Shown: one piece after another, positions 36,894 through 45,101 of the stretch
How the letters are laid out: each line of letters starts with the position of its first letter
How positions within the stretch are numbered: the first letter of the stretch is position 1
Source: Candidatus Parcubacteria bacterium
GTDB taxonomy: Bacteria; Patescibacteriota; Minisyncoccia; Phycocordibacterales; CAIZLB01
Direction: 5' to 3'
Assembly (NCBI GenBank): GCA_039795775.1
Contig: JBDKLC010000006.1
Location: forward strand, 3,772 to 67,771
Length of the DNA stretch: 64,000 nt
Translations under genes and position numbers: made by a program
The notes under the pieces: model-generated
Database searches by the model: none
Told to the model about the DNA's origin: nothing
What the model saw: only the letters and a program-made list of their open reading frames with translations

Positions 36894-37484
36894 TTAAATT
36901 TTGATAACCAGTCCATCTTTTAACTCAAAGATAAATGTTTTTGATACTCCTGTTTCTTCATCATGCATCACTACAGCGATAGCATCGTTGGGTGCGGTGA
37001 TAGAATCTACAATAATACCTGACCCAAGCTCTCTACTACCAAAGATCTCTACTTTATTATTCTCTTTTGTAAATACAAAAAGATGAGTTGTTGTACCGGT
37101 TGTTGCACATACACTCTTGAGAATTGCGAGTGCATACACTTTTTTATTTATCTTTGCATTGAGCAAATACCCAGAACCTGGAGTAGTTGTATCTATCGTA
37201 TTTTGACATGGCTCAGGCGCATCTTGGCGAGCAGCGAGTGCTATCGGGCCAACCATAATGTCTTTTAGGACAAACAGTGACGAGGTAGCTTGTGTCGTAG
37301 TTGCTACTACTGTGGTTGTTACAACTGCAGGAGTTGTAGTTGCTTTGAGTTGTTCGACTGTCTCTGTCAGTACTGCTGTCTCTGGATTTCTATTTTGCAC
37401 AACAATAGACGCAATCGCTGTACCGATAATAAGAGTAAGCACCACCGCAAGTACGATTCCAATAAACCCTTGTTGTGTTTTCAT
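36894..37484 (-). CDS. Hypothetical N-terminally anchored Thr-rich protein
   Basis: 196 aa, a TM helix then a TTT-rich linker. Confidence 0.35.
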   Translation of the reverse strand: MKTQQGFIGIVLAVVLTLIIGTAIASIVVQNRNPETAVLTETVEQLKATTTPAVVTTTVVATTTQATSSLFVLKDIMVGPIALAARQDAPEPCQNTIDTTTPGSGYLLNAKINKKVYALAILKSVCATTGTTTHLFVFTKENNKVEIFGSRELGSGIIVDSITAPNDAIAVVMHDEETGVSKTFIFELKDGLVIKI

Positions 37485-37508
37485 ATACCCAAATTATAGC
37501 AAACTGTA

Positions 37509-38000
37509 CTAACTACTACACTGCTCGTACGTAGCAACTATGTGCGTATCTGTAATATCGAATGTGTAATAGAGGTCAGACTTATGAGCACCTTCTTTGT
37601 ATTCTCTTTCATAACCAGCAAGCTGCCGTGTAAAGCCATCAATAAGCTGTGCACTCCCTTTAAACACACCGTCTTCACAAGTAAAGTTTTTTGTATTGTT
37701 ATCCAATATCAATGTTCGAATACGTGGACTTTGATTTACAAATCTCATTTCATTGCCACCTGGAGTCCACTTTGGATTATTAGTGAGAACATCAAGATCG
37801 ATAGACCACGATGCATCCCCTACTTTTTTAATTGTTGTAACAATTGCTGGTGTTTGTACAAATATCTGTTGTTCAGACAGTTCTCCCTGAACAGGTGTTG
37901 CCTTTTCTTGTCGTTGAGTTTGTGGACCTTGGGCTATGAGCCAGATAACAAGTACCGTAAGTACCATCGCAATGATCGTTTTGTAATTGATGAATTTCAT
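37509..38000 (-). CDS. Hypothetical N-terminally anchored protein
   Basis: 163 aa with an N-terminal TM. Confidence 0.35.
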   Translation of the reverse strand: MKFINYKTIIAMVLTVLVIWLIAQGPQTQRQEKATPVQGELSEQQIFVQTPAIVTTIKKVGDASWSIDLDVLTNNPKWTPGGNEMRFVNQSPRIRTLILDNNTKNFTCEDGVFKGSAQLIDGFTRQLAGYEREYKEGAHKSDLYYTFDITDTHIVATYEQCSS

Positions 38001-38028
38001 AGATATATCTAAGATAGCAAACTATTCT

Positions 38029-38814
38029 CTATACTTCACATACAGCATCTTCAGACAAATCAAATCCATCAACTCTCCATGAACTATCTTTACCTTCATG
38101 ATCGCTTTCTTTTGAAAGTTGAATAAGAATAGGTGCTTCTTCACCGTCTGGTGTAACAAATGATCCACACACGACAGCATCATTGTTTTTAATCTGAACT
38201 GAATTAAATGATGTACTTGTCGCTCCTGCAAATCTACCATTTGCATATTCCACGAAATCTTCCTCTGTCCCATGGTCTTTAAACATATCTGATGACTCAA
38301 CAAACGCTTCATGAATATTTCCAGTCGAAACATCTGTCATAAATTTTTCTGCAACCACAGATGGACTTCCTGCCCCCTTCGTTGCTTGGAAAAGTGAAAC
38401 TCCGGCTGTGGCAACAAACGTCACCATGAGCAATAACCAGATTCCAACGAAGATAAGAGCAATTTTATCTAACAATCGCTGTCGTTTTTCGAACTGTGCA
38501 AAATCTTTCCATTCCCCTGTCTCCCATGACATTTTTCTTCCTCTGAAAACTCCTTTGAAGTAGAAATAAATATTAACAAACGGAATACACATTAATATAC
38601 CTGGAACAATAAGATGGGTAGCAAAAAAGTAGATAGGCTGAAAAAAGATTGCGGCCCACGAAAACCGTTTTACAAAAGCTGCCTGTTCAGGAGTAAGAGC
38701 TGGTGTTGGTGATGAAGTAGGCACCTGTGTTGCAGCTGGTGAGGGAGCAGGTGTTGGTGCTACAGGAGTTGGTTGAGGTTCTACAGCCGGTGTTTGTTGT
38801 GCGTTTGGTTCCAT
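38029..38814 (-). CDS. Hypothetical membrane protein with Pro/Thr-rich N-terminus
   Basis: 261 aa with two TM segments. Confidence 0.35.
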   Translation of the reverse strand: MEPNAQQTPAVEPQPTPVAPTPAPSPAATQVPTSSPTPALTPEQAAFVKRFSWAAIFFQPIYFFATHLIVPGILMCIPFVNIYFYFKGVFRGRKMSWETGEWKDFAQFEKRQRLLDKIALIFVGIWLLLMVTFVATAGVSLFQATKGAGSPSVVAEKFMTDVSTGNIHEAFVESSDMFKDHGTEEDFVEYANGRFAGATSTSFNSVQIKNNDAVVCGSFVTPDGEEAPILIQLSKESDHEGKDSSWRVDGFDLSEDAVCEV

Positions 38815-38879
38815 AAATATGTATATTGAAATTAATGCATATATTGTACTACAAATTTATATCCAGTATATATCTTGAT

Positions 38880-39173
38880 CTAGATACCTGAGTGCGGAGT
38901 CTGTGGAGGTGGAGGTACTGTCGGATGAGAAACGATACCAAAGTATATTTTTTTTCTAAAAATAACGGTCAGGGTAATGTTTATAACTAGAGCAGCAATA
39001 AGAAATAGATCTTCAGTTGAGTCAGGCATATCTGTTACCGCTACGACTTCAATCAAACCTATTATCAAACCTGCAACAAAACACCATATAAAATAATACA
39101 AAATAAACACAGCTATATTTATCAGGCTTACTACTATTCTCTTTAATGCTGGTGGTGGGGTTATTTTTTCCAT
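38880..39173 (-). CDS. Hypothetical small membrane protein
   Basis: 97 aa with two TM. Confidence 0.3.
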   Translation of the reverse strand: MEKITPPPALKRIVVSLINIAVFILYYFIWCFVAGLIIGLIEVVAVTDMPDSTEDLFLIAALVINITLTVIFRKKIYFGIVSHPTVPPPPQTPHSGI

Positions 39174-39251
39174 ATACTTAAATAATACTATAGTTATTCA
39201 ATCTTTACATTATTTGTTGATGGTTCAGACCTTTACGATAGTCTAACTGAA

Positions 39252-39764
39252 TTAGACCTCTTCTTTAAAAGAATCAATAATCGATGTCGTAATCTCTTGC
39301 TTTCGAAGGTAACTACCTGGCAAAGAAACATTAAATTCAATACTAGTTCCCTGCTTAGGTAATCTAAACGTTAGCGTGTCTTCATCTTCAGAAAGATAAT
39401 ATCTTATACCGTTAGTATTACTTTTTTGTTTTTCCCAATAATCAGCTGGTACTTTTATTGATATCTCTTTCCAATCAACATACGCACTTAAAGGCCCATC
39501 AAAATATGAGCGAGGTTCTCTATAGCTTATTGAGCTTGAACTTACTCGTATTTCTTTTCTTTTACCCAAACTAGGATAATTGAAGCTAAAACTTGGTTTT
39601 ACATTTTTATACTGAAAGAAACTTGGATTCTCGCGTTGTATAAATGCAGGAAAAACTCCACCGTTATACATATACACACCTACAATTAGAATGAGCACAC
39701 TACCTAGTGCAAGTACAACTCTCCATACACCATTTGATGATTTCATATCTGTAAATAGTACCAT
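39252..39764 (-). CDS. Hypothetical N-terminally anchored protein
   Basis: 170 aa with an N-terminal TM. Confidence 0.35.
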   Translation of the reverse strand: MVLFTDMKSSNGVWRVVLALGSVLILIVGVYMYNGGVFPAFIQRENPSFFQYKNVKPSFSFNYPSLGKRKEIRVSSSSISYREPRSYFDGPLSAYVDWKEISIKVPADYWEKQKSNTNGIRYYLSEDEDTLTFRLPKQGTSIEFNVSLPGSYLRKQEITTSIIDSFKEEV

Positions 39765-39801
39765 GACTCTTTACTCAACTTTATATATAAAAGAAAAAAC
39801 A

Positions 39802-39828
39802 GGCTATTGCCTGTTTTTTCAAATGCGC
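39802..39828. terminator. Bidirectional terminator hairpin (aaaaaacaggctattgcctgttttttc)
   Basis: An 8-bp stem flanked by an A-run and a T-run. Confidence 0.45.
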
Positions 39829-39842
39829 GGTGAATGGGACTT

Positions 39843-39996
39843 GGTCACAGGTCTCGCCGACATGCGGCTCGCCTGCGACCCCGCCTCCTTCGTAGCAATT
39901 CGCTTCGCTCATATAGCTACTTCAGTCCGGCTTTCAAGTCCCTGTATCAACTCGTAGAAAATTAAAAGACCGAGCAGAAGCTCGATCTTTTAATTT
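39843..39996 (-). repeat. tRNA-associated ~200-bp element, copy 2. It ends in a 17-nt duplicate of the tRNA-Asp 3' end (AAGTCCCATTCACCGCG) preceded by CCTGTGACC and the conserved core.
   Basis: Core ggtcacaggtctcgcCgacatgcGgctcgcctgcgaccccgcctcctt. Two of the three differences from copy 1 are compensatory within a GC(A/C)G...C(T/G)GC stem. It shares tccggctttc and a post-tRNA hairpin with copy 1. Confidence 0.5.
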
Positions 39997-40073
39997 TGGC
40001 GCGGTGAATGGGACTTGAACCCACGACCTCTCCCGTGACAGGGGAGCGCTCTAACCAGCTGAGCTACCACCGC
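39997..40073 (-). tRNA. tRNA-Asp (anticodon GTC)
   Basis: Minus-strand GCGGTGGTAGCTCAGCTGGTTAGAGCGCTCCCCTGTCACGGGAGAGGTCGTGGGTTCAAGTCCCATTCACCGCGCCA. Anticodon loop CUGUCAC. CCA encoded. Confidence 0.8.
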
Positions 40074-40182
40074 ATGCGTTTATATCTCTATATACCAGAC
40101 AATACCCAAAAGGTATAGACTGTTTCGATATTATACATAAAATTCGGTATTTTCAAAGTATTCAAAGTAATAAAATGAAAAG

Positions 40183-40218
40183 CGCCGGCCCACGTCGAAG
40201 ACGTGTGGCCGGCGCCTG
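40183..40218 (-). terminator. GC-rich rho-independent terminator after the 40281..41468 gene
   Basis: The stem gcgccggccc.acg / cgtg.tggccggcgc is followed by ttttcatttt on the minus strand. Confidence 0.5.
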
Positions 40219-40280
40219 ATATTCACAGCAATATGCTCAGACTCCCCTGAGGAAGCCTCTGTTGGTTTTCGGTAAGCGGA

Positions 40281-41468
40281 CTACCCTTCCTTCTTCGGCG
40301 TTTTGCCGACGAACCGGATTGGCGGGCAAACCACCGTGGGTTTTTCCGAGTAGTAGTTCGGGCGGACCCAGTATCCAAACGAGTTAATCCAGATCATCTG
40401 ATCAGGGCGGAAGGTCAGAGAAACCAACGGTGGATTATTCTTGTCGTAGGTGCCAAATCGCCCCGTAAACTTGAAAGTCGTCGTTCCCTTGTCGAACTGC
40501 AGTGTGAGGCCTTTGAAGAGCACCTTAACGCGCCCCTCCGAAAGCTTAAACTGTGGCTTCACAGGTTTCGTGCCTTGGACGATGACGTTGTTGTCATCGA
40601 CGATTCGCACATCAACCAGACCGGCGAAGACTTTGGGGTCTTCGGTGTTCGAGACAAGCTCGAACTCCGGGTCGGTAACGGAGATTGCAGTCCCAGTTAC
40701 CTCGACAGACAGAGCGCCAAGCACAACAGGTTTGTTCGACGACACGATGGTCGGCGAAATATTTTGTTGTGCACTGACCACCACTCGCCCATATTGATAG
40801 CTATTGGGACCAACGCGGTGTTCGTTGCCATACATGACCGCGTCATACATCCAGCTGATCTCTGTGTTTTCATCGACGTCCAGATAGGACACCCACGACC
40901 GGAAATTCGTGCCAGTATACTGCCACGAGTTGAAGCTGACATGAGCATACACGACGTATGTCTTCTGAGCCGTAGCCGAAAAGACGAGATCGTTTTCGAT
41001 CGGGATTCGCGCATACTGCGTCACTGGTTCCACAGATGGAACCGGGACTTCAATGTATGCCAGGCCAACGCCGACAGGAACCGTAGTTGTTTGTTGATAG
41101 GGCAAGTTGAGATGCCCTACGACGCGGCTGCGGATGTTGTGGTAGGATTTAACACCTCCCGCTTTATCCGTAACATACGTCACGGTATCCTCCTCCGAGA
41201 CGACCATGAGCTGGTCGACGACGTTCGGCATGGATTCCAAGCCGATGTTGATGGCGTTGACTGACGAGGGTCCGCTTCCCTTTTCAAAGAGAATGCGGAG
41301 CACTTCGTGATAGGTGCCACCATATACGGTGGAACTTTCCGCTTGCGTGCCATTGACGACACGAAGCGTGCTGTTGGCGACGGCCGCGAACGGCGAAGCC
41401 AAGGTTACGAGGGCTGCGATGATCAGCGCAATGAAAGCGCTGAGGTTGACTTTGGGTTTTTTCTGCAT
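40281..41468 (-). CDS. Hypothetical secreted protein (within GC-rich island)
   Basis: 395 aa with a signal peptide (LVTLASPFAAVANS). Local GC of about 50-55% against the ~40% backbone. Confidence 0.45.
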   Translation of the reverse strand: MQKKPKVNLSAFIALIIAALVTLASPFAAVANSTLRVVNGTQAESSTVYGGTYHEVLRILFEKGSGPSSVNAINIGLESMPNVVDQLMVVSEEDTVTYVTDKAGGVKSYHNIRSRVVGHLNLPYQQTTTVPVGVGLAYIEVPVPSVEPVTQYARIPIENDLVFSATAQKTYVVYAHVSFNSWQYTGTNFRSWVSYLDVDENTEISWMYDAVMYGNEHRVGPNSYQYGRVVVSAQQNISPTIVSSNKPVVLGALSVEVTGTAISVTDPEFELVSNTEDPKVFAGLVDVRIVDDNNVIVQGTKPVKPQFKLSEGRVKVLFKGLTLQFDKGTTTFKFTGRFGTYDKNNPPLVSLTFRPDQMIWINSFGYWVRPNYYSEKPTVVCPPIRFVGKTPKKEG

Positions 41469-41727
41469 GATAAAAAACCGGCTTGGAGCCGGCGGTTGTT
41501 AGTTAACTTTGGGTTATACGTTTTGAAACGCCCAAGATTATCCACGACAGCTCCGAGCAATTGCTATGAAGTTGTAAAGGACAATAAAAAACCGCCATTC
41601 GGCGACTTACTTGAGCTGTATATATAATAGCACAAATGTGTATAAATGTAAATAGTACTATTTAAAGCATTGTTATAGACGTATTTTGACTAATCCACAC
41701 CACACCTTGACAACAGTTGACATGTGT

Positions 41728-41756
41728 CCTAATATATCTGGAGTAGGTTGTTGAAC
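41728..41756 (+). promoter_or_regulatory. Sigma70-like promoter (TTGACA-17 bp-TAATAT)
   Basis: A consensus -35 and a near-consensus -10 with a 17-bp spacer, about 300 nt upstream of the 42054 gene. Confidence 0.35.
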
Positions 41757-42053
41757 CTACATCGATTGAAAATTAAAGTTAGTAAACCCGGTCACACGGT
41801 TCCGCGGCGAAGTATACGACCCTCCCTTCCAAGGTCATTCTTCGCTCCTCAAACAAGTTTGGAAATCTATTTTGTAAATTTGTAGAGTGATAGCTCGCGA
41901 ATAATTGATAGTCTTTAGCTGCTATGCCATTTTGCATACACTTACGTTATTTTACGCGTACATTCAGCTGAAGAGTATCGGTTCTCTCTCAGTACAGATA
42001 CCGAAAGGTTCTGTTCTTAATCGAGGTATATAGCACATCACAATTACATAGGC

Positions 42054-42389
42054 ATGAAAAAAACCACAGTCATCAACTTGAGTCTCGTCTCAGTCGTCGC
42101 GCTTGCTTTGGCGGGATGCGATAGCAAACCCCAAGCACAAAACGATGATCTTGAGAAAGATCCAAATAAAGAAGCTCAACCCACACCTACCCCTACTCCT
42201 GCACCTTCCACTGCCGGTAACGGCTGGTGGTTCTGGAATAGCGGATCACACTCCGGCGTTTCCTCAGGAAGCGGAGTAACATCAGGTAGCGGAAACAGCG
42301 CCCCTTCGAGTGTCGGAAAATCTTCCGGCTCTTCCATCAGCCGCGGAGGCTTCGGTGGGTCTGCCCATGGTGGCAGCGTTGGTGCGTAA
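42054..42389 (+). CDS. Small Gly/Ser-rich lipoprotein
   Basis: Lipobox LALAGC after a signal peptide, then a low-complexity GS-rich body. Confidence 0.4.
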   Translation: MKKTTVINLSLVSVVALALAGCDSKPQAQNDDLEKDPNKEAQPTPTPTPAPSTAGNGWWFWNSGSHSGVSSGSGVTSGSGNSAPSSVGKSSGSSISRGGFGGSAHGGSVGA

Positions 42390-42431
42390 TGCACAACACA
42401 CAATCAACAACCAAAGAAAGGAATACACGAA

Positions 42432-43571
42432 TTGAAACGCATTGCAACGGAACCTCGCCAAGAGTGGCGACAAAAAGTAGAAGAAGCAGGTCTCATTTTT
42501 CACACGACGCCGGAAGGTGTCTACTGGAATGAGGCAGCTCACTACTCGTTCAGTATGGGTGAGGTCCTAATGCTCGAACAAGTAACCAACGACCTTCACG
42601 CCATGTGCCTTCAAGCGGCACAACACGTGATCGACAAAAACCTCTTTGCCCAACTGGGCATTCCTCCGAATGCGGCGGAACTCATCAAAGAAACATGGGA
42701 AGAGGAACCGCCTGCCATTTATGGGCGATTCGATCTCGCATACGACGGCATTCATCCGCCGAAAATGCTGGAATACAACGCTGACACACCGACAAGCCTT
42801 TTAGAGGCAGCGGTGGTGCAGTGGTTCTGGCTTCAAGAGCTTGATCCTGGAAGTTTGGCACAATTCAACTCAATTCATGAGCGACTCGTCGCAAAATGGA
42901 AAGAACTAAAAAGCTACATCAAGGGTTCAACACTCTATTTTGGCCACGCGGGAACGCACGAGGATATTATGACCATTGCCTACATCGCTAACACGGCGAT
43001 GGAAGCTGGTATTCATACGCAAGAAATTGCGATGAAAGATATTGGCTGGGAACGCCAACGTCATCACTTTGTCGACCTCAGTGGTCGGCAGATTGGAAGT
43101 ATCTTCAAGCTCTACCCGTGGGAGTGGCTTGTCCATGAAGAATTCGCACCGCAGCTCTCTGAGTCGCGCAAGAAAACACAATGGATTGAGCCTGCATGGA
43201 AAATGTTGCTGTCCAACAAAGGGATTCTCCCGATCCTCTGGCAACTTTTTCCCAACCATCCGAATCTGCTTCCCTGCTACTTCGGCGACCCTCATGGAAT
43301 GAAAGACTACGTGCGCAAACCTCTTCTCTCACGAGAAGGTGCAAACGTGGAAATTTACTCTAGCGGGACCATCGTCGAATCGCAGGGTGGTGACTATGGC
43401 GAAGAAGGATATGTGTGCCAAGCGCGCGCAGTTCTTCCTAACTTCAATGGAAATTATCCAGTTATTGGAAGCTGGGTCATTGACGGCGAAGCGGCTGGCA
43501 TGGGAATTCGTGAAGCAGACACCCTGATCACTGGAAACCTGAGCCGTTTCGTGCCTCACCGTATCGACTAG
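42432..43571 (+). CDS. Glutathionylspermidine synthase-like (pre-ATP-grasp, YgiC/YjfC family) protein
   Basis: 379 aa. The blocks RQEWRQKVEEAGLIFHT, YWNEAAHYSF, GRFDLAYDG...EYNADTPTSLLEAAVVQW and ILPILWQLFPNHPNLL are characteristic of the GSP synthetase C-domain family. Confidence 0.65.
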   Translation: MKRIATEPRQEWRQKVEEAGLIFHTTPEGVYWNEAAHYSFSMGEVLMLEQVTNDLHAMCLQAAQHVIDKNLFAQLGIPPNAAELIKETWEEEPPAIYGRFDLAYDGIHPPKMLEYNADTPTSLLEAAVVQWFWLQELDPGSLAQFNSIHERLVAKWKELKSYIKGSTLYFGHAGTHEDIMTIAYIANTAMEAGIHTQEIAMKDIGWERQRHHFVDLSGRQIGSIFKLYPWEWLVHEEFAPQLSESRKKTQWIEPAWKMLLSNKGILPILWQLFPNHPNLLPCYFGDPHGMKDYVRKPLLSREGANVEIYSSGTIVESQGGDYGEEGYVCQARAVLPNFNGNYPVIGSWVIDGEAAGMGIREADTLITGNLSRFVPHRID

Positions 43572-43610
43572 TCGAAAGGCTGTCGTATTCCGAAGAATCG
43601 GAAAAAACAA

Positions 43611-43645
43611 TTGGCCGCTCCAGCAATGGAGCGGCCTCTTTTTTA
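43611..43645. terminator. Bidirectional terminator (ggccgctcca-gcaa-tggagcggcc plus T-tracts)
   Basis: A perfect 10-bp stem between the GspS-like gene and the tRNA-Met 3' end. Confidence 0.5.
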
Positions 43646-43657
43646 TTGTTTTTATAT

Positions 43658-43733
43658 TGGTGTCAGGGGTGGGGATCGAACCCACGACCCCAGGCTTATG
43701 AGTCCTGTGCTCTACCGACTGAGCTACCCTGAC
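43658..43733 (-). tRNA. tRNA-Met (anticodon CAT), elongator-type
   Basis: Minus-strand GTCAGGGTAGCTCAGTCGGTAGAGCACAGGACTCATAAGCCTGGGGTCGTGGGTTCGATCCCCACCCCTGACACCA. G1:C72. CCA encoded. Confidence 0.8.
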
Positions 43734-43824
43734 ATGTGTGCATACTATAATATATAAGCCGTCTTTTCACAATATTTGGCCACTTGTTCTTTCGTATCCT
43801 GTGTATACATAAAAACACTCTACT

Positions 43825-43858
43825 GAAAGTCAGCAGAGTGTTTTTATGTAGTTGCCTA
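43825..43858. terminator. Hairpin terminator between the two CAT tRNAs
   Basis: aaaaacactctactga-aag-tcagcagagtgttttt, with one mismatch in the stem. Confidence 0.4.
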
Positions 43859-43870
43859 CGTAAATCTTGT

Positions 43871-43939
43871 TGCGGGGCCCGGATTTGCACCGGGGTCTAG
43901 AGGTTATGAGCCTCTCGAGATGCTACTTCTCTACCCCGC
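43871..43939 (-). tRNA. Atypical tRNA with CAT anticodon (Met/fMet/Ile2-type; short D-loop lacking GG, T-loop TGCAAAT, no CCA)
   Basis: Minus-strand GCGGGGTAGAGAAGTAGCATCTCGAGAGGCTCATAACCTCTAGACCCCGGTGCAAATCCGGGCCCCGCA. Acceptor, anticodon (AGAGG/CCTCT) and T (CCCGG/CCGGG) stems all pair. Only about 69-70 nt long. Confidence 0.5.
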
Positions 43940-44145
43940 TATCTTTCTTTTCACTTGTTCCATTCCATCGTGAATTGATTATTCCCGCAAGCTTCATATG
44001 AAGCTGCTACGGGAATAGGAATGTGTACACCAGTATATAAGCTTATTGGAAAAAATCAAGTCCCCTTCAAGTATCTCATCTACTAAAGAATTTGAAGAAC
44101 GGAGTTTTTGAAAAGATGTAAACCTGCTCCAAACTTAATTTATTT

Positions 44146-44224
44146 CACTGTGACACAAAATGCCATTTACACGACAGTGGTGTGGCACACACGTACCATA
44201 CAAGTCACATTTTATGACACCATG
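44146..44224. repeat. MITE-like palindromic element, degraded copy (words TGTGACACAAAATGCCAT ... CACATTTTATGACAC)
   Basis: About 70% identical to 46997..47075 over ~80 bp, with related terminal inverted repeats. Confidence 0.4.
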
Positions 44225-44282
44225 AATTTTTTGTGTTTTCTCTATCTTATATTCTCACCATTACTTACAGTTAAAAAAGTAG

Positions 44283-45029
44283 TTAAATAAAGAAAAACTC
44301 ATCAAACACCTTTTTGTACAATCGAATTGTTTCTTCAGCCTGCGAACGACTCAACTCAAATGAAGCACCTTCGTGAGCAATAATATTTCGCACTTTGTGC
44401 GCTCTCCATGCATTATCGAGTGACAAAAATGTATCGGGATTTGCTTGCTTCAACTTTTCTGCAATAGTTGGTCCTTGAAGCCCCATCTGGTCGAGCATGT
44501 CGTAGAGCATTATGTCAGCTTCGAGAATTGCCAACCGCCAGTCAGAACTACTTGTAGACTTCATGTTGTCTTCGATATGAACCCATCGAGGGTGTACAGG
44601 AAGAGCAACTTGGGCAATCGCAGGATTTGCTCCTTCAAATTTTGGCACACCAGCATCACTATTTTTGAACGTCTTGTGAGGAACTGCCGCCGCTTTTACA
44701 TCCATTTTCTTTTTGTATGCGTCAACAGTTTCTTGAAGTCGAAACTTTGTATAAAAAATAATCATTCCAAGAACGAGACACGCGAACACTGAAATATATG
44801 TCACTGTCGAAAAGAGATGTGACAAAAACGAAGAAACAGAATCCCACGCATTTTTCCATGTAGCACTACTACCAAAATGTATACCAAAGAATCCTAGGAC
44901 AGTTGGAAATGCTATAAAAATAATTGCAATACCAACAAGAGCAATGAAGAACAGCTCCCCCTCTACACCTGGAGAACCGGCAGGTTTTGGTGCTGGTTTT
45001 CCACCAGCTTTCTTTTTGTCATCGGCCAT
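44283..45029 (-). CDS. Hypothetical membrane protein with C-terminal helical domain (possible HEPN-like Rx4H motif)
   Basis: 248 aa. A Lys/Pro-rich N-tail and two TM. C-terminal ...AHKVRNIIAHEG. Confidence 0.4.
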   Translation of the reverse strand: MADDKKKAGGKPAPKPAGSPGVEGELFFIALVGIAIIFIAFPTVLGFFGIHFGSSATWKNAWDSVSSFLSHLFSTVTYISVFACLVLGMIIFYTKFRLQETVDAYKKKMDVKAAAVPHKTFKNSDAGVPKFEGANPAIAQVALPVHPRWVHIEDNMKSTSSSDWRLAILEADIMLYDMLDQMGLQGPTIAEKLKQANPDTFLSLDNAWRAHKVRNIIAHEGASFELSRSQAEETIRLYKKVFDEFFFI

Positions 45030-45101
45030 ATAGTGCTAAGTATATCAAAAATCTAGTGAGTACCGAACTGTTCGTAAGAAAATTTGGACGTATCCTTGAA
45101 C

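Noticed and set aside
43042-43344. Antisense ORFs inside the GspS-like gene and elsewhere in the GC-rich island (for example 42176..42403, 43042..43302, 43105..43344)
   Set aside because: High GC generates long open antisense frames. The sense-strand gene has strong family motifs.
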